Positions 8,131-16,441 of a stretch of DNA of 20,000 nucleotides are shown here, in pieces. How positions within the stretch are numbered: position 1 is the stretch's first letter; every line of letters begins with the position of its first letter. The notes beneath the pieces are model-generated. The model was given only the letters and a program-made list of their open reading frames with translations. It made no database searches and was not told the origin of the DNA. The stretch comes from an uncultured virus (IMG/VR IMGVR_UViG_3300010346_002377). Lineage: Duplodnaviria; Heunggongvirae; Uroviricota; Caudoviricetes. Location: IMG/VR virus record IMGVR_UViG_3300010346_002377, one strand, 5' to 3'. Both the position numbers and the translations under genes were made by a program.

Positions 8131-8943
8131 CTAGCCGCCGAGCGTTTCGTACAGCGCCTTGATCTCCGCCTCGGTCTTCGTCGACGCGAGCCGCAGGGCC
8201 GGCACCATCGTGAAGTTCCCGGATTTCGGGAAGTGGCGGGTCTTGGTCGTCAGCGCGAACGTGGCCGCGGGCAGGCCCAGCATCCGGTGGGAGTAGCTGG
8301 AAGCCCGGTTGATCACCGGAGCGACTTCCTCGTACGCCCACGTTTCGGCCAGCATCTTGGCCGGCGCGTACCACTTGCCGGCGATCGGCACGTAGTAGTA
8401 GCTCCGGTCCTCGATGCCTTGCGGCTCCTCAAGCAGCATCGCGAGCCAGACGGCCGGCTTGCAGTTCTGCTTCTTCGCCGGGTCGTCCCAATCGCTTGAG
8501 CCGCGGGGCGGCTTCTGCGTGATCAGGCCGGCCGCAATCGCCTCCTTCTCCGTCTGGAACTCGCGCGGGAACGTGTCCGGGGGCCAGGGGTACGGGAGGA
8601 TCTCGCGCCAGCAGTCGGCCACCTTCAGGATGGTCACCATGACGGGCTCCTCGGCTTCGAACCCTCCGCCCTTCTTCGACGCGGGCGGCTCGTACAGGAC
8701 AACCGTGTCGTCCAGAACGAGAGACCCCGCGGGGGCCACTTTGTCCTTCGCAAGTTTGCCGACTCCGTGGACGATTTTCACCGTCGGGGTGTTGTCCTTG
8801 ATCGGCGTGCGGATCACCGTGTCGCCGGGACGGGCCAGTCCGGTTTCGGAAAGGCGGGCCACGGAGGTGGTCTCCGGAATGTCGGGGCGGTCGTCTCCGG
8901 GAATGAATTCGGAGGCCGGGTCGTCGTGTTTTACGTCTGCCAT
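8131..8943 (-). CDS. putative single-stranded DNA-binding / replication accessory protein
   Basis: 270 aa, beta-rich with many aromatics, located between the nuclease and the polymerase. The function is inferred from synteny. Confidence 0.5.
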   Translation of the reverse strand: MADVKHDDPASEFIPGDDRPDIPETTSVARLSETGLARPGDTVIRTPIKDNTPTVKIVHGVGKLAKDKVAPAGSLVLDDTVVLYEPPASKKGGGFEAEEPVMVTILKVADCWREILPYPWPPDTFPREFQTEKEAIAAGLITQKPPRGSSDWDDPAKKQNCKPAVWLAMLLEEPQGIEDRSYYYVPIAGKWYAPAKMLAETWAYEEVAPVINRASSYSHRMLGLPAATFALTTKTRHFPKSGNFTMVPALRLASTKTEAEIKALYETLGG

Positions 8944-9108
8944 GTGCAGTTTTCTTTCTTGGTTTGCGTGTTTTTGTCTCGGTCAGTTCTCAACGCGCAG
9001 CCGGTCTCCCGGCGGCTCGCTCGGCCTGCCGAGGCAAAGAGCGCGCAAATCGCAACAATACGTGTCATGTTCCCAGTCATCACCTCCTTCGGGTGTTTGA
9101 AGGTTTGA

Positions 9109-9138
9109 ATTATACCAAACCGGATTTGTTTTAGTCAA
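9109..9138 (-). promoter_or_regulatory. near-consensus sigma70 promoter upstream of the SSB-like gene
   Basis: TTGACT-N18-TATAAT with TG extended -10 in an AT-rich patch. Confidence 0.8.
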
Positions 9139-9139
9139 C

Positions 9140-9565
9140 CTACTCTCCGTACCAAAACAGCGACGCGTACCACAGCAGAGCCTCGCGCTTCGCGTTGGAC
9201 ACCTTGAGCGGCGTCCACGGGAGGAACCAGTCCTGCCACTCGAGCACGGCGGTCTCCGGCTCGTTGTTGTCGTCGAGTCGGCCGACGATCCGAAACGCCG
9301 GGCCGCCTGTGCCGAGAAGAATTTCATACTCCTCCGGGTCCCCGCGTTCATCGGCCAGAGATCTCCAGCCGTCGCGCACCTGGATGGACAACGGCTCCTC
9401 GCGGATGCGGTCGACCAAGTCGCGCGAATCCGTGAACTCCTCGTTGTCGTAGACGAACGGCTCGCCGTCCTCCTGAAACTTCAGGTACAGCTTGTGCTGT
9501 TCCAGGATGGAGCTGGCAATTCCGTTCGCCTGCCTCCTTACCCTCGCTTTTTCGTTCTGCGGCAC
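9140..9565 (-). CDS. phage hypothetical protein (ILLGTGGPA...QDWF type)
   Basis: GGAGG RBS 5 nt before GTG at 9565 (MPQNEKARV...). Confidence 0.7.
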   Translation of the reverse strand: MPQNEKARVRRQANGIASSILEQHKLYLKFQEDGEPFVYDNEEFTDSRDLVDRIREEPLSIQVRDGWRSLADERGDPEEYEILLGTGGPAFRIVGRLDDNNEPETAVLEWQDWFLPWTPLKVSNAKREALLWYASLFWYGE

Positions 9566-9861
9566 GCGGTCCTCCGTTTCTTGTCGGCCATTTCGACCTG
9601 CGTCATTTCCTCGAGGGCCTCCACGGTGCCGCGCAACTTGATCCGCATGACGTCGTCGCGCAACATGGCGCGCGTTTCGGCGTTCGGAACCCGCGCCGCC
9701 AAGGCAAACAATTTCGTGATTTCGGCCTGCGTCGCGTGCCTTCCGTCGAAGGCGTCCCAGTCGATGCACGCCACTTCGACGCCTCTCGGATGGTACGCCA
9801 AATGCGCGCAACCTCCGGACACGCAGACGAGGACGAACGGCTTTCTACTTTTCTTTTTCAT
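9538..9861 (-). CDS. hypothetical protein (VxVSGG...IDWD type)
   Basis: ATG at 9861; overlaps both neighbours. Confidence 0.6.
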   Translation of the reverse strand: MKKKSRKPFVLVCVSGGCAHLAYHPRGVEVACIDWDAFDGRHATQAEITKLFALAARVPNAETRAMLRDDVMRIKLRGTVEALEEMTQVEMADKKRRTACRRTKKRG

Positions 9862-9949
9862 TCTTCGCTTTCCGCTCCGCGAACGGGAGCCTTGTTGTTC
9901 CTTCTTTAATCGCCGTCTGCCAGTCACGGAAACGCCGGGCCTCCGTCAT
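9845..9949 (-). CDS. 34-aa micro-protein consisting of the DWQxAxxxGxTxLPF module
   Basis: MTEARRFRDWQTAIKEGTTRLPFAERKAKNEKEK; ATGA overlap with the upstream stop; matches the C-termini of the 14343 and 19389 ORFs. Confidence 0.6.
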   Translation of the reverse strand: MTEARRFRDWQTAIKEGTTRLPFAERKAKNEKEK

Positions 9950-10131
9950 TTTGTTTTGCCATGTTTCTTCTCCTTCTTCGCTTGCTTGATTTCTCCGTGC
10001 TCCAGGAACCCTCCTATCGGGGCGTCCCCGGATTTGTGGAGCGCGTGCCACGCCCACAGCAGGTGGTCGAGCATAGCCTGCGCCGCCTTCTTGCTCGGGG
10101 CGTGGATCGTCAGGTTGATTGTTGCCTTCAT
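9946..10131 (-). CDS. hypothetical protein
   Basis: 61 aa, GGAG RBS, ATGA coupling. Confidence 0.6.
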   Translation of the reverse strand: MKATINLTIHAPSKKAAQAMLDHLLWAWHALHKSGDAPIGGFLEHGEIKQAKKEKKHGKTK

Positions 10132-10592
10132 TTCTGTTTCTCCAGTTTGTTCAATGCTTTCCTTGCCGCGGCGATTCCGCGGATGCTCTTCCTCAGTCGC
10201 TCCTTCTCCGCCGGCGGGATTGAGATCGTGTCCTCGTCGAGCGCCACGACGTAGCCCCCATCGTGCCCGGTGTCCACGACGAAAAAGTCACCGTCGAACC
10301 CGGCGAACGTGCTTGGCCCGTACCCGTTGCCGGCCGCGCTTTCTCCCTCGAACACGCAACCGCGCACCGCCGCGTCCGTGAGTTCGGTGGTCCATCCGTA
10401 GTTTGCTTCATAACAAACTCCGGTCAGCGTTTTGTCGGTCTCTTCCTCCGTTTCATCGAGACAGTTGGACAGGTCCCCGAAGATCTTGTTCCAGATTTTC
10501 ATGTCTTCCTTGCGGACGCGAATCCGCAGCCAGCATCTATCGCCCATTGTCTGAAGCGTGAAAAGATGCGGGTTTGTTTTGTGGTCTATCAT
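10128..10592 (-). CDS. hypothetical protein (MGDRC...EANYG type)
   Basis: AAGGAG RBS, 154 aa. Confidence 0.7.
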   Translation of the reverse strand: MIDHKTNPHLFTLQTMGDRCWLRIRVRKEDMKIWNKIFGDLSNCLDETEEETDKTLTGVCYEANYGWTTELTDAAVRGCVFEGESAAGNGYGPSTFAGFDGDFFVVDTGHDGGYVVALDEDTISIPPAEKERLRKSIRGIAAARKALNKLEKQK

Positions 10593-10612
10593 TTGTTCTC
10601 CTTGTTAAAAGT

Positions 10613-10695
10613 GGACCGGGTGCCGCGGCTACAAGAAACGCGCGATCGGCGCGGCCGGGCTGCGTTCAGCCCGCCCTATCCAGGTGCCCCGGTCC
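10613..10695 (-). other. multi-stem structured intergenic element (putative ncRNA or leader)
   Basis: 8-bp closing stem GGACCGGG/CCCGGTCC encloses 7-bp and 5-bp hairpins. Confidence 0.35.
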
Positions 10696-10696
10696 T

Positions 10697-10738
10697 AAAA
10701 TGCAAGGCGGCCCCGCTCCTTTTCGGGGAACGGGGCCG
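10697..10738 (-). terminator. probable terminator hairpin after the nuclease operon
   Basis: GGCCCCGTTCC...GGAGCGGGGCC stem followed by GCCTTGCATTTT. Confidence 0.45.
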
Positions 10739-10751
10739 GCGTTGCGGGTTG

Positions 10752-10928
10752 TTATTTTGGTTTGAACTCTTCCTTGGCGAGCCGCACGATTTCGTCCAGC
10801 TCGGCGGCGCGGATCAACAGCTCCTCCGCCAGCAGGGCCCGCGTGTTCTCGTCGGCCGCTATGTTGCGATGGTGGTCGGCGCGGGCGAGGCACAGGGCCA
10901 AGAAGGCGGACAGGTCGTTTTTTGCCAT
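10752..10928 (-). CDS. small helical hypothetical protein
   Basis: MAKNDLSAFL...EEFKPK, 58 aa, starts 2 nt after the nuclease stop. Confidence 0.6.
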   Translation of the reverse strand: MAKNDLSAFLALCLARADHHRNIAADENTRALLAEELLIRAAELDEIVRLAKEEFKPK

Positions 10929-10930
10929 GC

Positions 10931-12052
10931 CTACTTTGGTTCCTTGAGCAGCAGTTCGCTGCTCAGTTTGGCGCTGCGCTGCAGGAATCGCACGGGGCTG
11001 CCCCGCTTGACGAGGTCGCCGAGCGCGTCCTCCACCGCCTGCCGAGCTTCGCGCTTCGTTCCGCCCGTCTCCGCCAGCTTCTCGGCCAGTTTCGACAGCC
11101 CCGGCTTGCCACAGCACGACAGGAAGTCCTCCACGGACATCGCGCCGCGCAGCTTCTCGTAGACCGACAGCACGTCGTCGCCGGACACGTAGGCGTTGCC
11201 TTCCCGTTCCCGCCGGGAGTACCCGGGGACCTCGAGGCCGGACTCGAACACGCGCTGGGTAAGCAAGGGCTTGCGGGCCTCCGCGTACTTCACGAGCAGG
11301 TCGATCATGGCCAGGTTCTGGCTGATCTCCGTTTCCGTCAGCGTGTCCACGGGCGCCAGCAACGAGGCCACGGGGAACGTCAGGGCCGCCTCCGTCGCCG
11401 GGGCGACAATGGCAGTCTGGAACGCGGGGCAGCGGGCGCGATGGGCGCATTTGCCGCAAAGCAGATCGTGCGGCGTCGGCGGCGCGAACGGATCGTCGGC
11501 GCGCTTGATGACGGCGTCGATTTCCTTCATGCCGGCTTCGATGGAGTCGCGGGTGTAGACGTGGGTCTCCAGTTCTTCGGTGCGCGGGGCAACCAAGGCA
11601 ACGAGGACTTCGTCTATATCCTTCGCCCAGCGCGCGAACACTGCGTCGGCGTAGGCCCGAAGCTGGAGACAATTCTCGGCGGTCGTGATTAGACCCAACC
11701 TGCCCAGTTTCCAATCGCCGGCGAGCGCGCGTCGCTTTGGAAACGCGAGACACACGAGGTCCGACGTTCCGCGGAGCCCGTAGCGGCACTCCAGCTTCAG
11801 CTCGGGCAGCCGGACGTAGCCGTCGGAGTCGCTTTGCCAGCCGAGCCACCCGACTTGGAGCGCGGACATGGCTTCCTGCGCGGTTTCGACGGCGCTCAGC
11901 TGCTCGCCTTCGAGCCCGTCGAATTCGCCGGTTTCAAGTCGGCCGTGCAGCATGGTGCCTTCTTCGGCGGCTTCGTTCGAAACGAATTCCTCGAAGGCAA
12001 ATTTGGGGCAGAATTTCAGGTAGTCTAGTTTTGATGGGCTGATTTTAGCCAT
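10931..12052 (-). CDS. PD-(D/E)XK exonuclease (Cas4/RecB-like, DUF2800-type phage nuclease)
   Basis: SPSKL..CP, GTMLH, GTSD, DWKLG, QLRAYA, C-x2-C-x5-C cluster. Confidence 0.85.
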   Translation of the reverse strand: MAKISPSKLDYLKFCPKFAFEEFVSNEAAEEGTMLHGRLETGEFDGLEGEQLSAVETAQEAMSALQVGWLGWQSDSDGYVRLPELKLECRYGLRGTSDLVCLAFPKRRALAGDWKLGRLGLITTAENCLQLRAYADAVFARWAKDIDEVLVALVAPRTEELETHVYTRDSIEAGMKEIDAVIKRADDPFAPPTPHDLLCGKCAHRARCPAFQTAIVAPATEAALTFPVASLLAPVDTLTETEISQNLAMIDLLVKYAEARKPLLTQRVFESGLEVPGYSRREREGNAYVSGDDVLSVYEKLRGAMSVEDFLSCCGKPGLSKLAEKLAETGGTKREARQAVEDALGDLVKRGSPVRFLQRSAKLSSELLLKEPK

Positions 12053-12069
12053 TGGGTTTCCTTTGTTGG

Positions 12070-13407
12070 TTATTCTATTAGCTTCGACAGGTCCAGGTCG
12101 TCGTCCTGCAACGCCGACATGTTCGATATTTTTCCGGACAGAATCCGGAACACGCGTTCTTCGATCGGCACGCCGTCCAGCAGCACGATCCGGTTGATGG
12201 ACGGCGTCTTGCTGTTGGCCCTATGTACCCGGCCGAGCAGCTGAACAAGTCCGACCGAAGTCAGCGGCAGGTTGTGGTAGGCGATGCGCGGGTGCCCCCC
12301 GTGCTCGTCGCCAAGGCTAAGCCCCACTCCGCCGGCGTCGATCGAAAGCGCGCAGAGGCGCGTCTCGTTCGACTGGAACCTGACGACATGGGCGTCCCGC
12401 TCCGCAGGCGTCTGGGTGCGGCCCTGCGGGTCGCTCCCGTACACCAGCGCAGGAGCGTGCGCCTTCATTTCGTCGGCGAACTGGAACAGCGGGGTGGTAA
12501 AGTTGAACGACACCACGACCGACATTCCTTCTTCCAGCGATTCTTCGACGAGCTCCTTCAGAACGGGCAGCTTCTCCGCCTCGATCCTCTGGCGCCAGCG
12601 GAGCATCCGAACCATCTCGTGTTTGGAAGCATCCGGGTTCTTCAGCTCTTCGGCCAGCGAAGCGTACGCGGCTTGCGTCGCTTTCCGGGCGGCGTCGCTC
12701 GGCGTGACGGGGTCCACGATGTTCTGCACCTTTGGGAAGCCGGGGACGTCCTCGCTGCGCAGGCGCACCCCGAAAGCGGGGAACAGCTGCGCGTTGATGC
12801 CCGCCATGATCTCGGTCGCGCGGCGCCCCTTGACGAAGCGCCACGGGTGCCCGTTGATCGCCGGGTCGCGGAAGCACCCGTGTTCCCGGGCCCAGCTATA
12901 GAAATTCTTCCACGATACCAGCTCAGACAAATGGAGAAGGAGTCGCAGCTTCAACGGCGAGTCGGCGAGCGTCGCGCTCAAGCCGAGCACGTTTATCCCG
13001 CGCGCTTTCGCGTTGGCCGCCATGTACGCGTTCTGGCTTTCCAGGCCGCCGTGCCGGTGAATTTCGTCCACGATCAGCCAGTCGCCCGGTTCCAGCCCCG
13101 TCCATGTCCACACGTAGTTGCTCTTTTTCTCGAGCACTTTCGGCTGTCGGCCCGTGCGCAGCTTTTCCACGTTGTACGTGAATTTGGAAGACAGCCCCAT
13201 CGCGGCCGCGGTCTTCGCCCAGGCAGACAAGGTTACCCGCGGGGCCAGTACGCCGAACGGCCGGTTCGCCCGCTTCATCAGCTCGAGGGCCATCACCGTC
13301 TTGCCGTAGCCCGTCGAGGCCGCCAGCAGCACGAGCGGTTTGTTCGCACGCACAAGCGTTTCCAGCGCCGGCATCGGCGCTTCCTGGTATGAGTGTAATT
13401 CTAACAT
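12070..13407 (-). CDS. superfamily 2 (SNF2/DExH-like) helicase
   Basis: Walker A STGYGKT, DEIH, SAT, GGVGLSL, QLLGRVHR; AGGAG RBS. Confidence 0.9.
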   Translation of the reverse strand: MLELHSYQEAPMPALETLVRANKPLVLLAASTGYGKTVMALELMKRANRPFGVLAPRVTLSAWAKTAAAMGLSSKFTYNVEKLRTGRQPKVLEKKSNYVWTWTGLEPGDWLIVDEIHRHGGLESQNAYMAANAKARGINVLGLSATLADSPLKLRLLLHLSELVSWKNFYSWAREHGCFRDPAINGHPWRFVKGRRATEIMAGINAQLFPAFGVRLRSEDVPGFPKVQNIVDPVTPSDAARKATQAAYASLAEELKNPDASKHEMVRMLRWRQRIEAEKLPVLKELVEESLEEGMSVVVSFNFTTPLFQFADEMKAHAPALVYGSDPQGRTQTPAERDAHVVRFQSNETRLCALSIDAGGVGLSLGDEHGGHPRIAYHNLPLTSVGLVQLLGRVHRANSKTPSINRIVLLDGVPIEERVFRILSGKISNMSALQDDDLDLSKLIE

Positions 13408-13753
13408 GCAAAGCTCCTAAAATGGTGAAAGGTTTCAGTATCCGCACGTATTCGGCGAAGTCGGCGGGCGCATGAATTGCCCGCAACTTTGCCACGTCGG
13501 CGTGCAAAATGGGAGGAAGCCCGCGGAGCAATCTCCGGCGGGCTTCTTCTTTGTCTGGATCGTTGGGCATCGGGAACGCCTGTTCCCATAGCTTCGAGTA
13601 GGCTGGAGTTTGCAGCAGCGCAAAGTCTTCCAGCCCGTCCATCGTCCACTGCCTTGAGCGGCGCACGGAAGCCAGGGATTCGGCGAGCTGGTTCAGGTGG
13701 GAAAGCGCAACCAGTTTCCTGATCGCCCATATTGACAGCGGCGCATCTTGCAT
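12923..13753 (-). CDS. hypothetical protein whose frame runs about 485 nt into the helicase gene
   Basis: AAAGGT RBS before MQDAPL...; the first ~115 aa look protein-like and the remainder looks like shadow frame. Confidence 0.4.
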   Translation of the reverse strand: MQDAPLSIWAIRKLVALSHLNQLAESLASVRRSRQWTMDGLEDFALLQTPAYSKLWEQAFPMPNDPDKEEARRRLLRGLPPILHADVAKLRAIHAPADFAEYVRILKPFTILGALHVRITLIPGSADAGAGNACACEQTARAAGGLDGLRQDGDGPRADEAGEPAVRRTGPAGNLVCLGEDRGRDGAVFQIHVQRGKAAHGPTAESAREKEQLRVDMDGAGTGRLADRGRNSPARRPGKPERVHGGQRESARDKRARLERDARRLAVEAATPSPFV

Positions 13754-13887
13754 GTTGACCTTTCGGAATATGCCCGGATGCAACTACTTTTTCTGTTTGC
13801 CGTCAACCCCCTTGTTTTCGATTGCCCACCCCAATTCGCCCGCGACGTATTCGACCGATTGATTTCAACGTAGCATCTGTCGCTCAT
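13693..13887 (-). pseudogene. probable internally deleted paralogue of the 10128-10592 gene
   Basis: MSDRCYVEI-NRSNTSR-ANWGG versus MGDRCWLRI...(about 38 aa)...ANYGW; ATGA-coupled start. Confidence 0.4.
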
Positions 13888-14117
13888 TCGATCTCCTTCG
13901 TTTCGGTTTCCACGTCCAGCGTTTCCCACTTGTCCTCGGCGAGAAGCTCCCGCGCGCGCCGCTCCGCCCGGTCTTCGTCCCGCGCCGACACGCGGACCGC
14001 CTGCTTCTGGTCGCGCCAGAAGACGACCTCGTATTCGGTTTCGCGCCCGTCGTCGTACGCGGCGGGACCGATGCAGGCGGGGCATGCCCCGCAGCACCGG
14101 TCGTCGCAGTTCGTCAT
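13884..14117 (-). CDS. small hypothetical protein with a Cys-rich N-terminus and a YEV...VSARDEDRA segment
   Basis: ATG at 14117 (GTG at 14126 is an alternative). Confidence 0.55.
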   Translation of the reverse strand: MTNCDDRCCGACPACIGPAAYDDGRETEYEVVFWRDQKQAVRVSARDEDRAERRARELLAEDKWETLDVETETKEIE

Positions 14118-14122
14118 TCGGT

Positions 14123-14350
14123 TCACGTGCACTCCTTCGCCCAGGCGAGAAAGTTCTCCGCGTTCTCGAACAGGCAGGACCATTCGTAGGCCCCGTTCCG
14201 CGAACACTTCGTCACGCGGATCTCCCCCGCCTGCGTCGCGTACGCGGCGAATCTTCCGTACTCCTTCCCGCGCGGGTCGGGCTTCTGCAGCCCGTAGTCG
14301 GGCGGGGCGAACCCGGCGCCGATGATCTTCATCGCGAGTTCGCTATCCAT
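14123..14350 (-). CDS. hypothetical protein
   Basis: 75 aa, AAGGAG RBS. Confidence 0.6.
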   Translation of the reverse strand: MDSELAMKIIGAGFAPPDYGLQKPDPRGKEYGRFAAYATQAGEIRVTKCSRNGAYEWSCLFENAENFLAWAKECT

Positions 14351-14729
14351 TGTTTTTCTCCTTCTTCCACTCCTCGAACGGGAGCTTCGTCTCGCCGCGC
14401 TTTACGGCGGTCTGCCAGTCATTGTACTCAGACCACTTGGCCTCCGTCACGGTCGGGTTTTCCGTGGGGCCGGTGATGGTCTTCACGGACTTGGCGCCGA
14501 GGACCCGGAGTTCGACATTTCGATAGTCGACGGAAACGGCGACAGCGGGCTCCATGTTGAAGCCCATGAGTCGTCCGCTTGGAGAGCGCCGGCCGTCCTT
14601 GGCCATGCGCTTCGCCATTTCTTCGGCGTAGCCGATGATCCAGTCGACGGCCTCCGAGCTGACCGTCTTCACACCTTCGCCCTTGGACAGGATGTCCTGC
14701 AGCAGGGCCCTGTTGATTTTTTTGCTCAT
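14343..14729 (-). CDS. putative histone-fold protein with C-terminal DWQ module (paralogue A)
   Basis: INRALLQDILSKGEGVKTVSSEAVDWIIGYAEEMAKRMAKDGRRSPSGRLM fits short helix / L1 loop / long helix / L2 loop. Paralogous to 19389-19745. The ORF is solid; the fold is inferred. Confidence 0.6.
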   Translation of the reverse strand: MSKKINRALLQDILSKGEGVKTVSSEAVDWIIGYAEEMAKRMAKDGRRSPSGRLMGFNMEPAVAVSVDYRNVELRVLGAKSVKTITGPTENPTVTEAKWSEYNDWQTAVKRGETKLPFEEWKKEKNNG

Positions 14730-14730
14730 T

Positions 14731-15039
14731 TCAGTTCTCCAGGTCGATGTAGACGGGGCCGTGCTTGGCCTCTTCGCGGTACTCCGCCATCTTCTTCAAC
14801 CAGCGCCGGAACGCGCGGTTGCCCGCGATGGACAAGTCCTCGCCGTTCGAGAAGGTCTCGGCAGCGTGCTCGATGAAGGACTCGAAGTCCACCAGCGACC
14901 GGTTGTTGTCACCCCAGGTGAACGGGGCGCCCTCCGAGAACTGCGACCAGAACCAGGAGCCCCAGCTCCGGGGCACCAGGCTCGTCGCGGGAACGAACTC
15001 GCAGGTTTCAATCAGGTTTTGCAGCGTTTTCTTGCTCAT
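14731..15039 (-). CDS. hypothetical protein (FTWGDNNRSL...YIDLEN)
   Basis: GAGGA RBS, ATGA coupling at 15036-15039. Confidence 0.65.
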   Translation of the reverse strand: MSKKTLQNLIETCEFVPATSLVPRSWGSWFWSQFSEGAPFTWGDNNRSLVDFESFIEHAAETFSNGEDLSIAGNRAFRRWLKKMAEYREEAKHGPVYIDLEN

Positions 15040-15317
15040 TTCTTCCTCGCTTTCACGATCCAGCGGCGCAGGTCCGAAGTCCGTTTTCCGCAACCGGTGC
15101 AGCGGAACTTCAGCTTGCCGGCCGGACGCTGTCCGTCCCAGTCGACTTCCGTGTACCCGACCCAGTCGATCGAGCCGTCGGCGAACACGCCTTGTATTTG
15201 GGCTTCGCCCGGGATCAAGTCGTCCTCGACGAAGTCGTGCCCGCCGCAGCGCGGGCAGGCCACCTGGCCGTCGGCGCAGGAGAACTGCTCAGGCAACGAC
15301 TTTTTGTTCTCGCTCAT
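15036..15317 (-). CDS. small zinc-ribbon protein
   Basis: CPRCG...CTGCG; GGAGG RBS. Confidence 0.65.
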   Translation of the reverse strand: MSENKKSLPEQFSCADGQVACPRCGGHDFVEDDLIPGEAQIQGVFADGSIDWVGYTEVDWDGQRPAGKLKFRCTGCGKRTSDLRRWIVKARKK

Positions 15318-15357
15318 TCTTTTCCTCCTAGTATTTCATGCGGTATCGCCATGTTGC

Positions 15358-15609
15358 TCATCCGAAGCTCCTTCTGGCCGCCCGCTCGTTGTCAAATAGC
15401 CGGCAGCCCCAATAATAGGCTTTGTCCTTTTCGATGCGGAAGAAGCCAATTCCATACTCGGCTGGCTTTTCCCGCTCCAGCCGGTCCCGCAGGTTGGCTA
15501 CCGCGTCGAGGAAGGTGGCGCCTTTCGCCGTCCCCAGTTTTCGCGCGGGGCCGCCCCCGCCGGTCGCGGCGAACCCCTCGGACCAAACCGTGAATTCTTT
15601 TTCGCTCAT
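15358..15609 (-). CDS. phage hypothetical protein (WSEG...WGCRLFDNE type)
   Basis: GAGGAG RBS, ATGA coupling. Confidence 0.7.
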   Translation of the reverse strand: MSEKEFTVWSEGFAATGGGGPARKLGTAKGATFLDAVANLRDRLEREKPAEYGIGFFRIEKDKAYYWGCRLFDNERAARRSFG

Positions 15610-15902
15610 GTTTCTCCTCTCATCATTTTCAGCATCCATTGCTTCGTCGCCGGCTTCCCGGTGTCCACGATTCGCTGCGCAATTCTCGCGCACGCCGTCT
15701 CCCAGTCCAGGGTGGCGCCTTCCCACGGGTTCGGGCCGCGCTTGAACTCGACCTCGCCCAGCGTCATCGCCGAGCAGGCGACGGCGACCGCCGTCTTGCT
15801 GTCGTCCATGTCCTTCGCTTCGTTCGGCAGCTCCATCGCGATGCGCGCGGCGTTGAGGGAGGAGCCGAACTCCCCCGCCCAGACCTGTTTTTCTCTCTTC
15901 AT
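15606..15902 (-). CDS. hypothetical protein
   Basis: 98 aa, AAGGAG RBS. Confidence 0.65.
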   Translation of the reverse strand: MKREKQVWAGEFGSSLNAARIAMELPNEAKDMDDSKTAVAVACSAMTLGEVEFKRGPNPWEGATLDWETACARIAQRIVDTGKPATKQWMLKMMRGET

Positions 15903-15914
15903 TGTTGCTCTCCT

Positions 15915-16424
15915 TTAGCTGTGGCAGTCGACCACGACCGCCACCCCGTTCGGATAAGTTTTCTTCAGCCATTCAAGCGGCGGAAGTTCCTTGTCGGCGA
16001 ATCTCGCGGGGCCCTCCGTCCACGGCGCGTGGCGGTACCCGTCGAACCACCCGTGTCCTTCGCAGCAGACGTCGTGCACGTCGAGATGTTCCCCGGTCAG
16101 CTTGTCGACCGGCAGAATGTCCCCGGCGCGAACGGCCCACCCCGTGGGCCACTTCAATCTTTTGCCGGTCCCTTCGCACGCGTTGCAGCCGTTGGCCACT
16201 TCGATGTCCGTCCTTTTTCCGGTCCCTCCGCAGTATTCGCACTCGACCAGGTTGTTTGGGTCTTTGTCCGGATCGTACCCGTCGAACAGTCCCGTCCAGC
16301 GGCCGCCGATCTGGTACCAGTCCCACTCTATGTTGCAGTACGGGGCCAGCAGTTTCTCTACGGCCTCCTCCACGGTATCCACGGTTTTGGGTTCATCGAA
16401 TATCGCCAATATGCAGTAGTGCAT
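15915..16424 (-). CDS. phage protein of WDWYxIGGRW...VVDCH type with two CxxCxGxG motifs
   Basis: AAGGAG RBS before MHYCIL; CEYCGGTG and CNACEGTG. Confidence 0.7.
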   Translation of the reverse strand: MHYCILAIFDEPKTVDTVEEAVEKLLAPYCNIEWDWYQIGGRWTGLFDGYDPDKDPNNLVECEYCGGTGKRTDIEVANGCNACEGTGKRLKWPTGWAVRAGDILPVDKLTGEHLDVHDVCCEGHGWFDGYRHAPWTEGPARFADKELPPLEWLKKTYPNGVAVVVDCHS

Positions 16425-16441
16425 TTGTTGTTCTCCTTGTT

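Noticed and set aside
5608..8499. 963-aa + strand ORF and the other long antisense or alternative-frame ORFs in the track
   Set aside because: These are shadow ORFs of GC-rich coding sequence. They lie opposite genes with clear motifs and have Arg/Gly-rich composition without recognisable motifs.
10613..10695. tRNA gene
   Set aside because: An acceptor-like stem is present, but there is no TTC T-loop, no D-loop consensus and no 7-nt anticodon loop
10931..12052. Cas4-like nuclease as evidence of CRISPR-Cas
   Set aside because: No repeat-spacer array or other cas genes seen; such nucleases are standard in phage replication modules
13770..13806. Promoter at TTGACG upstream of the 13753 ORF
   Set aside because: The -35 is good but there is no convincing -10 at normal spacing
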